Shown piece after piece: positions 23,763 through 34,337 of a stretch of DNA of 64,000 nucleotides; positions within the stretch are counted from its first letter, which is position 1; every line of letters begins with the position of its first letter. The position numbers and the translations under genes are program-made. The stretch covers positions 694,433-758,432 of the forward strand of contig BCGN01000007.1 of the NCBI GenBank assembly GCA_001599295.1, written 5' to 3'. Below the pieces are notes generated by a model, which was given only the letters and a program-made list of their open reading frames with translations, was not told the DNA's origin and made no database searches. This DNA is from Sporopachydermia quercuum. Its lineage: Eukaryota.

Positions 23763-26700
23763 ATGGCATCAATTGTACAAGAATTGAGTTCTTTGCTATT
23801 GAACTCTATTGACGAGATAGTTGGTGATATATTTGAGGATAATATAATACTATCATCTGAACATGAAAATGAAAATGAAAACATGGGTAATATTGCGTCT
23901 ATTGGTGTATCAGTTGAGCTGACTGACAACCAATCGACNTACGAGTCACCTATTCTTATTGATGATGAGCCTGGCGAATATCTTGATGATTTGGTCGCCT
24001 CCCTTTCTGAGGATAAGGGTACATTCGGTTCGCATTCAATACTGTCTACTCAAATGCTCTCACGTTTAGATGCCATAAACGAAGAAGATAAACGGAAAAC
24101 AATGTCAGACAAACTAATCGCAAGCTTTCGCGAAAAGCATCTATTCAGTGAAGCAATTTCGTCTGCTAAGAATGGTTTTGAATCAAGGAAAAGCATTGAG
24201 GATGCCGATGGTGCGGATGACGCTACTAATACTACCGGAAACAAAAATAATAAAACTATTAGTCATGCAGGATCAACTGTCGCTAGTACTAGTATAACCA
24301 TATTGAACTCCACCGCCGTAAATGGCGCCACAACAAGTGCCATTGATAACTCTTCATCNTCATCTTCATCTCCTTTGCCTGTTGGATCTCTCAAAATTAA
24401 TAATGTCAATATCTCTACTATCATCAACCCTACTGGAAACCCTACCTTTCAACATATCAAAAGACGTAGGAAGAAACGCAAAATCAGCACCATAACAGGT
24501 CTTATGAAAGATAAATATAAGCGTCTAGCTAATAAACAAGCTGCTATACTTGATCCTCAGCAGAATATAGCAATTGTTGCCTCTCCTAGGCTGAACCCTA
24601 CTTTTCCAACAAACCACAATCAAACTTCTCTAATTTTTCCTTCGTACAATGACAATGTATCTTTGATGCAACGTATCTCTGGTAAAAGCCAAAAAATTAG
24701 AGAAATCACGAAAAGAATTAATTATATGGTGAACAATAGAATGCAGCAAACAATCGATGAGTTTTCCACTAGCAAAAACAAAATGACGGATGCTGCTTGC
24801 TCTTATAATAGAACTTTGAACAGCGGAAGAAGANACTCCCTTGATGCCTGTTTGCAGTTCAAAGCTGGTGCAGACAAAGGTATAAATAATACGGGTAATA
24901 CTGTTATTGGCACGAGGAACGTCACACTTCCTTCTTTCTCCTCTGAAAATGATCCTTATGATGAAACGCCGTACCTTTTGTCTTACGACGAATGGTATCG
25001 TCTTCTTCACAGTATCAGGCTTTATTTCCCTGTTTCTTCTAATAATGATACGAATAATAATGAGCTATCTTTACAAAATCTGATTGATAGTTACTTATCG
25101 AAAAGTGATGGGGCTTGTTCTCTGTGGGCCATAAGTAAGACTCCTCCTAAAGAATTCACTGAATTGGATATCAAATTGCTGCACTGTTCACAAGAGCTGA
25201 AAGCGGTTGATGAATCTCTGGATAATGATCATAAACGATCAGATGTTTTGTTTGATAGCTCTGCTAGTGATATCAGACGCATTTCCACTGGTCACGTTGA
25301 TGCTATTGAATGTATCAATGTTAATGGAAGTGAAAGGAACACCAACTTCAATAAGCCTCCATTTAAGAATAGCTTGCCAATTATTAATAAGATAGATTCT
25401 TTTGATGGTAACGCCATAGGTGGTGGTGATATTATGAACGACAGCGATATTTTGGTTTACANTCCTAGTGATGGTGATGGTATTGTTGACCACATTGACT
25501 ATGAAGATATTAATTCTACTAAATCAAACGTACACATTTGTATTGATACTAACGACTTTGTCAATAACATTAGTAAGTATAACGAAATGAAAAACAGAAA
25601 TGATAAAAATGGAGATAGCTCTCCTGAAGCTGGTGGTGAAGTGGATGGAAATAGAGACAGTAAAACTATTATGTATGGCTCCCAAACTTCGTTATCGAAT
25701 TTATGCATTGTCATTGGTGATCACAGGGTTGGTTCTGATTGGGATACTGGAACAAGAAAGATGACATCGCCCTCTGATAGCATTGGAATTGTTTCTAATG
25801 ATAATGACGATAGTGTTGGTAACGTTGGTTATGCTATTGATTCACCTAGTTGCAGTGTTAATTCAGTGTCACTGAGTTCTCAGCTATCACCTTCTGAACT
25901 TCCAATCGATGAAATTGCTGCTTCTTCAATCGAAAGCTCACCTCTATTAAAGCCACTTGTGAACACTAAATATAATTCAGATCATTCAGTTGTCTCGCTG
26001 TCTTCCATTGATGACGCCCTTGACAACAAAGAAGCGGATAATTTTTGTGCTGGAAGTAAATTTTCTAATGATAGGACGATGAGCCTGAATCTCACTGATA
26101 GTTGTCAGTATACTGGTGATAAAAGAATCACTGATACCAATGNTGCTCTTAGCGATAAGAAAAATAGAAAGTACGATGTAGGGAGGTATCCGAAACTGTG
26201 TACTTCTATTACCAATCTTGCGATTGGTAGCGAAATGGGCGACTTAGATAAACCGAGCACAACCAGAGATAATGCTATGGAAGCGACGCACTGGAGTGGA
26301 AGAATGAGTCAATCATCAACCAAAATTGAAAACCGTATAGAGTATTTTACTCCCGATTCAAATATCCACCATAATGTTCAGCAATATAATAACATCATCA
26401 GTAACAACATGTCGCCCATTGAACGAGAACGAGAACGAGATATACCTATCGATGGTCATAATCACGGTGAATCAAATGTATTTTCACATCAAACCGTGCT
26501 TAGCGATAATATCAGAGCTAATTGTACAGTTGAGAACGAAGCTGACACTTGCTTTTCACGTGATGCTGCCAATACTTACTGTGGAGGTTCTTTTGATTTC
26601 AACGTCGAGTCCATTTACTGGAGCAATGATAGCTCAGGTTCTTCATTTGTCGTTAGTGATGACTGTAACAGTAATTCTGATGATGAGAAAGAGGAAGCCG

Positions 26701-28550
26701 AACCTGATGAAGAGAATATAAGAATCTTCGAAGGCTTTGTGCATAGTGTTGGAACCAATACGAGTAAGAGCAATAAAGTTGATGGATCTAAAGATTTAAG
26801 CGTTATCAGGGATGGCAGAAACAGCAAGAGCAACAAAAGATCTGCTATTATTTATGATATTGACACTACTTCTACTGCTGGTGTCAAAAGTAAGGTTAGA
26901 AAATGGAGGAATGAAAGTACGGAAGCAGTTGATAACCACCATTCCAATGGTAGCAGGAATGTTGAAGGCTTTGTTGCAGCTGGTGATTCTCCAGCTGCAA
27001 TTTATATTAGTACATCTACTAACTCTCCCCTTGATCATTCCCTTTTTAAACCTTCAACAATTACCCCTAACACTCCTAGAAACAAATATAAGCATCTAAG
27101 TGACTGTTATCCTCCTTCCTCGACACATTCCAATGATAGCCTTTATCTCTTGGAGTCGGGTAAAAAAATTGCTATATCACAGTTAGAACATGCAAATACC
27201 AGTCCTTCAGTATTGAGGATACTATCCACACCAGATACTGAGAGGAGGAAAATGGTGCTAAAACTGGATTCTGATTATTTGTTCATTGATGAAGCAGGAA
27301 AGGATTCTAACGAGAGTGAAAGTGATGACAATGAAAGAGTGATTGAAAGCAGTATTGGAAATGTGAACAGTAGTAATACAAGATTCAACAAACCGTCATT
27401 AATGATTAAGAATGACCATAATAGAATCCTTGAGTTTGGTGGTGTTATTAATGATGGTAATATCGACAGTGTTAGTTATGATGAGGATCTCAATAATGTG
27501 TACGATTTTGGGAAAAGTTCTGCTAGTATAAATGAACCCTTCAAATACATCAAATCAAATACATCGCCTACAAAACAATTTCTCACATTTGGCTCAACAC
27601 AGTCAACAAAAATAAACTATTCCAGCGTTCAACTGTCTGGTTCTTATACCACCACAAACGCTACTAACGTTCATATTGACATTGCAGCAACCTCTAACAA
27701 AAGTGGCACAAGTTCAGCTGTTCGCAATTTGCATTCTGAGCTAACGGATATTTCCTTGAACACGTACAGTCCAGTCATTAGTACTTCGTTAAGGACTTCG
27801 TTGAAAGTTACGAATATTTCTAATGCGATAAGTGAGTCGCTGGAAATAGACTACAAGACAATGAGTCTTTCCCAATTGAATACAAGATTAGCCAAGTACG
27901 GATTCAAAGCAAAAAGGAGGAAACAAGATGCAATTGATATTCTAATGGAGTGTGAAGAAAGATCCAACGGTACCAATAGAAGCTACAGAAATTCTGGGGA
28001 AAATGATTTGCTCAGCATTCATGAGACTCCTGAAGAATATATTGCAACGGTTGATCCTTGTAATAGTCAAAGTACTAGTAACCAGTCACTGCGGTACTCT
28101 CAACGCTCAGCAACCACCATTGGTAATGTTTCATGGATGAACGATCTTCCAGATGCCTCTGAGAATGAAATAAAAACAAGTTTAATGAATCGAATCACTG
28201 AGATGATTGAAAAGTCAACTTATAATAATAATGACGCTGTTTTTAATAGCAGTTCAATAGGTAGAGCAACACTGTATGAAAGAATTCTGTTGTTGCAACC
28301 AGTCACCATAGAAGAATTAAAAGACTATTTGGGTGGAAACGGACTACTTTTAAACGATATGATTGTAAAAGACTGGTGTGGCAAGATGGGTGTTATAACG
28401 ACCAGAGTTGGTGTTTCTCAAACAATGTCACAAGGACTATCACAAGGCATGTCGCAGATTATGTCACCGGAGGAAGAAGTCGATGATGAAGAAGAAGAGA
28501 ATGATGATGACGATGACAACCAAAGGGAAGCAAGCAAAGCACAGAAATAG
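23763..28550 (+). CDS. SLX4: Structure-specific endonuclease scaffold Slx4, greatly expanded (1595 aa)
   Basis: N-terminal STQMLSRLD motif, SAP-like domain (DYKTMSLSQLNTRLAKYGFKAKRRKQDAIDILMEC) and C-terminal Slx1-binding domain (LYERILLLQPVTIEELKDYL...VKDWCGKMGV); the remainder is low complexity. Confidence 0.75.
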   Translation: MASIVQELSSLLLNSIDEIVGDIFEDNIILSSEHENENENMGNIASIGVSVELTDNQSXYESPILIDDEPGEYLDDLVASLSEDKGTFGSHSILSTQMLSRLDAINEEDKRKTMSDKLIASFREKHLFSEAISSAKNGFESRKSIEDADGADDATNTTGNKNNKTISHAGSTVASTSITILNSTAVNGATTSAIDNSSXSSSSPLPVGSLKINNVNISTIINPTGNPTFQHIKRRRKKRKISTITGLMKDKYKRLANKQAAILDPQQNIAIVASPRLNPTFPTNHNQTSLIFPSYNDNVSLMQRISGKSQKIREITKRINYMVNNRMQQTIDEFSTSKNKMTDAACSYNRTLNSGRRXSLDACLQFKAGADKGINNTGNTVIGTRNVTLPSFSSENDPYDETPYLLSYDEWYRLLHSIRLYFPVSSNNDTNNNELSLQNLIDSYLSKSDGACSLWAISKTPPKEFTELDIKLLHCSQELKAVDESLDNDHKRSDVLFDSSASDIRRISTGHVDAIECINVNGSERNTNFNKPPFKNSLPIINKIDSFDGNAIGGGDIMNDSDILVYXPSDGDGIVDHIDYEDINSTKSNVHICIDTNDFVNNISKYNEMKNRNDKNGDSSPEAGGEVDGNRDSKTIMYGSQTSLSNLCIVIGDHRVGSDWDTGTRKMTSPSDSIGIVSNDNDDSVGNVGYAIDSPSCSVNSVSLSSQLSPSELPIDEIAASSIESSPLLKPLVNTKYNSDHSVVSLSSIDDALDNKEADNFCAGSKFSNDRTMSLNLTDSCQYTGDKRITDTNXALSDKKNRKYDVGRYPKLCTSITNLAIGSEMGDLDKPSTTRDNAMEATHWSGRMSQSSTKIENRIEYFTPDSNIHHNVQQYNNIISNNMSPIERERERDIPIDGHNHGESNVFSHQTVLSDNIRANCTVENEADTCFSRDAANTYCGGSFDFNVESIYWSNDSSGSSFVVSDDCNSNSDDEKEEAEPDEENIRIFEGFVHSVGTNTSKSNKVDGSKDLSVIRDGRNSKSNKRSAIIYDIDTTSTAGVKSKVRKWRNESTEAVDNHHSNGSRNVEGFVAAGDSPAAIYISTSTNSPLDHSLFKPSTITPNTPRNKYKHLSDCYPPSSTHSNDSLYLLESGKKIAISQLEHANTSPSVLRILSTPDTERRKMVLKLDSDYLFIDEAGKDSNESESDDNERVIESSIGNVNSSNTRFNKPSLMIKNDHNRILEFGGVINDGNIDSVSYDEDLNNVYDFGKSSASINEPFKYIKSNTSPTKQFLTFGSTQSTKINYSSVQLSGSYTTTNATNVHIDIAATSNKSGTSSAVRNLHSELTDISLNTYSPVISTSLRTSLKVTNISNAISESLEIDYKTMSLSQLNTRLAKYGFKAKRRKQDAIDILMECEERSNGTNRSYRNSGENDLLSIHETPEEYIATVDPCNSQSTSNQSLRYSQRSATTIGNVSWMNDLPDASENEIKTSLMNRITEMIEKSTYNNNDAVFNSSSIGRATLYERILLLQPVTIEELKDYLGGNGLLLNDMIVKDWCGKMGVITTRVGVSQTMSQGLSQGMSQIMSPEEEVDDEEEENDDDDDNQREASKAQK

Positions 28551-29057
28551 TATGGAAATATCGCACTAAGCTGGTTGTAACCGTGTAAGATAAACAGAAT
28601 GATTGACAGCCATGGATTTCTATATTTTGTGTCAAGCGGCGAATTGGTAACATTATCACTCAATAGATCTATTTCCAAACATCATACAGATTTATTATTC
28701 AGCGTCACTCCAAAGCAATGGAATGGATTACTGGATAGAGTTGTGTAGAAGATCTCAAACAATATTTCCTCATTTGGTAGAAGAAAGAAGACTGTATCAG
28801 AGAGGTACCATGTTCTTTCAACTTTAAAATGCGAAAGGTGCCTTCTATTTCGTTGGCGACTACACATTTATCTCTTGATTAATGTTGACACATTCCCAAT
28901 AGCTCCTTAATATAAAACTTCAGTGATGATTCATATTGAATCTGAAACGTACACAGCAACATATCCAACTACAGCTACAATTACTACAACCTCATACACA
29001 AAATAACACTGACACATTTTATTTCTGTGACCAACATCAAACAAAGTACGAAAGTCC

Positions 29058-31355
29058 TTATTTAGTCAACAACTTAGAAGCACTATTAATACCATCGGCT
29101 ATAATCTTCAACCATAATTTAACACCCTCATGATCCTTATCCTCTAACGCCTCTGAGAGTCCGGGCAAAACAGAGCCAGCATAGCCAGTATATCTTCCAG
29201 CAGCATAGATTATATGCTTGAACCAAAACCTGCTAAGACCGGGCTCATATAAGAACTGTCTTTCCAAAGTCTTGAGCTTTTTATTAGCATGGTGAATTTT
29301 GAACAGCAAGTACACTCTCTTAAGCTTTTCATACCATTTCAAAGCGGCATACTCATTCGCCAAGTCGTCAACTAAAGTATCAAACTCAAGGGTCCTGACG
29401 GCAAAGTCTTTGATGGCTTTATCAACTAGAGCAACCAACTTTATTAATTTAACACTTGAAAGTTCAGGGAATTCTTGTTTCAATTGCTTGAAATAACCAT
29501 CAATAGCTTCAGCGTATGGTGAAGTGGTCAATGGAATGACAGGCTTTCCAGTTAGCTCTAAAGCAAGTAGTCCGACGATCTTTGCCATAGCGTTATGATA
29601 TTTGAATCCTACATCACCATAAGTTTCCATCCAGTGGTAGGAATCATAATTAGAGTGATAATGATAAATAGCATCCGTGGATAATCCAGTGAACCCCAAA
29701 TCAATAGAAGATATACCCAGATGTTCAAGGAAAACAGTGTAATCAGAACCAGAGCCCAAGTGTCCAATATGAGCAGATTTCTCGTTATACCATGCATCAT
29801 ACACGCTACCGTTACTATTGGGGTCAGCAACATGTTTAGTGACATTTCTCAACAGGTCATTGAACACAGGTGAAGCATCAGAAGTGAAATGACTACCTGA
29901 CACTGCTACATCTAAGTTCAAATACCCGACAACGTTATGTTGAAGGAACTCAGCATTGTCTTCTCCCCACTCAGTTGATCCTAATAATCCATACTCTTCA
30001 CCATCCCAAGAAGCGAATATAATACTTCGAAGAGGTCTCCAACCAGTTTCTATTAAAGAAGAGAATCCACGAATTATCTCAAGTAAAGTAGCAGATCCAG
30101 AATTAGGATCACCAGCTCCACCAAGAACCCAGGCGTCTCTATGGTTGCCGATGATGATAGCCTCACCAGGAATCAACCCAGGAATTATACCAATGACATT
30201 ATTCACTGGTGTTAAGGAATAATTCTGTTTATTATAGAGATTAAGCTCATAATCACTGGGGCCAATGGAATAGTTGAATCCTTCAATAGAGCCTATCCAA
30301 TCATCACCAAGCTTACTAGCACTCAACCCATGACCATTCAAGGCAGCAAGAATAGGTTGAACTTCCCGTGGCGATATTGGCAAACTGGGAATATTGGGAA
30401 TGGAATGATGAGGGTCAACTCTATCACAGCCTTCAACACTAGGCCAGCCAGGGGTGGTAGGATCGCCTGGAATAACAGAAATAAACTGAACAGATCCTCT
30501 TTGAACACTTGATGGATTTCTGGCCGGTCCTTCAGGATATGGTTTATATCCATTAGCTTCAACTACCTCTCCGTCATCCTTAGGGTCGGAATATATCAAC
30601 ACACCAGAACATCCATGTTCTTGAGCGAACTTGACTTTCAAACCTCGGAAAATACCACCATATCTTACAACAGCAATAGCACCTGTCATATTAACTCCCT
30701 GAGCTGCTAAAAGCTCAAAATCAGATTTCCTGCCGTAGTTAGCATAGAAAAATTTAGCAGTGATATTTCCGGACGCGGAGTATCCATGGAATGTAGGAAT
30801 AGAGTCATAGCGGGAAGTGGTTGGATCTTCCGATAGAGCATCTTCTTTCAAACTAGGTTTATATTTAACTGAGCCCGAAGCATCCAACAATTTTAATCCG
30901 TGGCCCTCAGGATAGTTCAACAACACTTTGTATGAATCCACATGAACATCCTTCAAACCAAACTCAGTAAACTTCTCAGCAGTGAAATTAACCAAACTCA
31001 AAGCTGTTCCTGCTAAATGAGGCTCTGATGTGTATATCTTAGACCAATGGCTCGCCAAATTGTCATTCTCAAGAGTCTGGAGATATTTATCGATAGTTTC
31101 ATTCAAATGTGGATGAGCATGCTTACCAGAGCCTTTTGTAAAAGATTGGGAAAGATCGAAAGGATATACAACGAAATAAGTGTATACTAAAGCCAAAAGT
31201 GAGATCAATTTCAAAGCTTTCAATTGTCTAGACCATTTAGCGTATGATGATTCGGGAGTAACATTGTTTGAAGAGATATCCGGTCCTGCGATTAATCCTG
31301 ATTTTTCAGAATAGTCTATGACCTGCTCTACATCTTCAAGGTGTTGTTTGCCCAT
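29058..31355 (-). CDS. VPS70: Type II membrane M28B peptidase (glutamate carboxypeptidase II / transferrin-receptor-like), Vps70-like, 765 aa
   Basis: N-terminal TM segment, PA domain (VRYGGIFRGLKV), M28 motifs GNHRDAW, GAGDPNSG, SWDGEEYGLLGS, YLNLD, YHYHSNYD, and a TfR dimerisation domain. Confidence 0.7.
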   Translation of the reverse strand: MGKQHLEDVEQVIDYSEKSGLIAGPDISSNNVTPESSYAKWSRQLKALKLISLLALVYTYFVVYPFDLSQSFTKGSGKHAHPHLNETIDKYLQTLENDNLASHWSKIYTSEPHLAGTALSLVNFTAEKFTEFGLKDVHVDSYKVLLNYPEGHGLKLLDASGSVKYKPSLKEDALSEDPTTSRYDSIPTFHGYSASGNITAKFFYANYGRKSDFELLAAQGVNMTGAIAVVRYGGIFRGLKVKFAQEHGCSGVLIYSDPKDDGEVVEANGYKPYPEGPARNPSSVQRGSVQFISVIPGDPTTPGWPSVEGCDRVDPHHSIPNIPSLPISPREVQPILAALNGHGLSASKLGDDWIGSIEGFNYSIGPSDYELNLYNKQNYSLTPVNNVIGIIPGLIPGEAIIIGNHRDAWVLGGAGDPNSGSATLLEIIRGFSSLIETGWRPLRSIIFASWDGEEYGLLGSTEWGEDNAEFLQHNVVGYLNLDVAVSGSHFTSDASPVFNDLLRNVTKHVADPNSNGSVYDAWYNEKSAHIGHLGSGSDYTVFLEHLGISSIDLGFTGLSTDAIYHYHSNYDSYHWMETYGDVGFKYHNAMAKIVGLLALELTGKPVIPLTTSPYAEAIDGYFKQLKQEFPELSSVKLIKLVALVDKAIKDFAVRTLEFDTLVDDLANEYAALKWYEKLKRVYLLFKIHHANKKLKTLERQFLYEPGLSRFWFKHIIYAAGRYTGYAGSVLPGLSEALEDKDHEGVKLWLKIIADGINSASKLLTK

Positions 31356-34337
31356 TGCGAAGACTGGATTAAGTATTTAGATATTACACTTGCACTTGCA
31401 CATGTAATTGGCCAGTAGGAAGATGGTTATTTTATGATGTACTATACTTACTAGCAAGCTATCACTAACAAGCTTGACGATAACGTATAGGCAATAGTAG
31501 TTTAAGTATTTTTCTTAATGCAACAATAAATTCACAGTTATTTAGGGTAAATGGTAGAGTAAGGTTACTTAAAGATTGTCCTAATAATAATGAGGGATAA
31601 GAAAAGAGAAACAATTGAAAGCGAGGAAATCTGGGGCAAACAGGAACGGAAGATCACGTGAAGTTAAGAGATTACCTCTAGATAATAACAAGAGATGTAA
31701 TGGGTTATTGGACTAAGGGTCTATTGAGTGTTTGGGTATTCTGGATCGGATCATTGAGGGTCTGTTATGCTTTTAGAGAGGAATNCTGTTGACTGATCTA
31801 ATTGATGTGAATGAGAGTAAAACACCTTCAAAGGTATTTTCATATTGATGCAAGATGATTTGCTTGTATAACTGAACGGTTCCTGCCTAGAGAAAGTTGC
31901 ACCAAATGGAATACTAGAACTAGTGAAGTGTGTGAGCAAAACTCGTAGCAAGAGTAGAGGTCAAATCCAGTCAGGATTGGTAATAGCTTATTGATAACCA
32001 TATTCAGTTTGACCGTTGTGAGAGTAATATTGTGTATTTTATCTACTATGTACAATATNTATAATGATAAGGTGTGTTACTGTTATCTTTCACAACCTCA
32101 CTTTACGGGGTTTATTTCCTCATTTACTAGCTGAAAATATGATAGTTCAATAGACTTTCTTTCAGTAGTATTGGTCCATAGATGGAGCTAATTAGAGTTT
32201 GTTTTGCTACTTTCAGGTCTTATTCAAACTGTTCAAAGGAAGTATGGGAAATAAACTGAATGTCAGTTGAGAAATAACTGTTGTGGATAATCGTTATATC
32301 ACTACTAGTAGATGCAAGAAGCTAAAACAGAAAACCTCCAAATGAAACCACCACTGCGGAAAAATGAATTGAACAAAATTCTTTATTGTTCCTTTGTTCA
32401 ACCGCTAACGAAACTTACAAACGCATCAATTACGCTCTTGGCTTGTTTGATTGAGGACAGAATACCAAACACCATTTATTCGGATTAATTATTGAGAAGC
32501 TCAAGTAACAGAAACTCTAATCTATCTTTGAAGTATTTTTGTCAGGAAGTTTATCCGAGACCCTTCCTTATGCTAATGTCTAGAACCTTAACCTTACGTT
32601 TGTTTCATCGAGTACAGAAACTCCAATTTGCATCAAATTTGCATCAAAGTGCACTCTGATATTGTATTGAATTTATTTATTAGTTACTTGGTTATTCGGG
32701 AGCAAAATACAATGCAAATGGCAATATTGCTGCTAGGAAAAGCTATATTGCAATTGAATGTACGCCTAGAAGATATTATATTTTATCTTTCTTATCCAAA
32801 GTTCCTTTAGAAAATGTCAGAGAAATAAACATAAATTTTGCAAATTGACTACTTTTTGTTTCTGTAGCTTTCAAGCTTCATTCTGCTATTGTGGGCAGAC
32901 ATTTTTGCTAATCTTCCAAGCACCGAAACCATAATTATCTGGTTTGCGATTATTCATTCAAGACATTTATATGTCTAAAGAGCAGTAAAGTTATTGAGGA
33001 AACAACATCTCATGCTTGTTACCCCCTAATCTCGACACCGAGCTTGACTAACTAACCTGCCTATTTTTGCTCTGTATTCCTTTCTCCTCCCAGTACATCT
33101 CAGAAAATTTAATGACCTTCGATATGAGTATGAAATCATTCTGCATAAATTTTAGGAGGCTTTTGCATATTTGCTGCAGGTAGAGTAAGCAAAGCACACT
33201 TCATTTAGAGGTCTGAAATAATGTCATGAAAGAGGTATAGCTACGTCAGGATATTCATCAACAATGAGATACGGTTTAGTGTTCTGAAAATGCAGCATAT
33301 TCTTTCAGTATGTCAAATTTCATAAATCATTAGACTTATCCGTGTCATTCATTACCTTATTTTGTTAGACTAAATGCATACATGGCCCAAAATGTTCAAA
33401 CGAGTATTTAAAACAATTTCATCTCAGATGAGATGAATCACACTACCTTTAAACAGTAAACCATAGCTCAGCTCCGCCCTGCAAATACATTTGTCATGCA
33501 GATTAGTTTCGAACACTTAAAACTGCATCTTGTAAACCCAACTGTGACCTCTCTCTCCTTCAACATTTTAGACTCTCCCCACAAAGCGTGACATATCTTT
33601 CCTTGGCCATATCTGATGATTTTACCAACATCATCACCACATTATCTACTCTGCTTCCAATCACATAGTTCAACTATTCAAATATTTTCCCCTGCAAAAT
33701 TGACTCCAGCTCTTTCTTGTCACGTAAATCTTCATAAGCTATATGTCACTTCATATTAACACTCTATCTCCATCCTCTTCTCCATAGGGTCTGCCTCACT
33801 ATTTCTCCACTTAAAGTTCATTATATTGTCAAACTCCATGTCATTTCTGACAAACTTTACTTTTTTTCTGTTAACCTTAATGTTTCCGTTCTTCTACTCC
33901 ATTCTCTTTCCTTTTTCATTAAAGTCTATGTGGTTCTTTCTTTTGCTGATNACTGAGGATACATACCCTTATACATATAGTCAGTAGCACAACTTAGCTT
34001 GTTACACCTTTCTTTTCTTTTATATTAGTTTCCTCCTTTTTTTAGTTTTTGTTAACAGATTATACAAAAGCTGTAATAGACTACATTGTTATCTAATGAT
34101 TGGCTTTCCATCGAAATACTGTATGAGATTTGATAGAAAGTGAGTTTAAAAAGCTATCATATATATACTAAACAAGTGAATTTTCGTCACAACAAACAAG
34201 AGCATTTTATCAGTTTTGCAGTCCTTGCGTTCAAAAGACATACAACACAGTTATAGCTCTTGCATACCTTATATCATCACATTACCACATATTACCACCA
34301 CCGAGATTTATCCTAATTTCCATAACTATTTGTAAAT

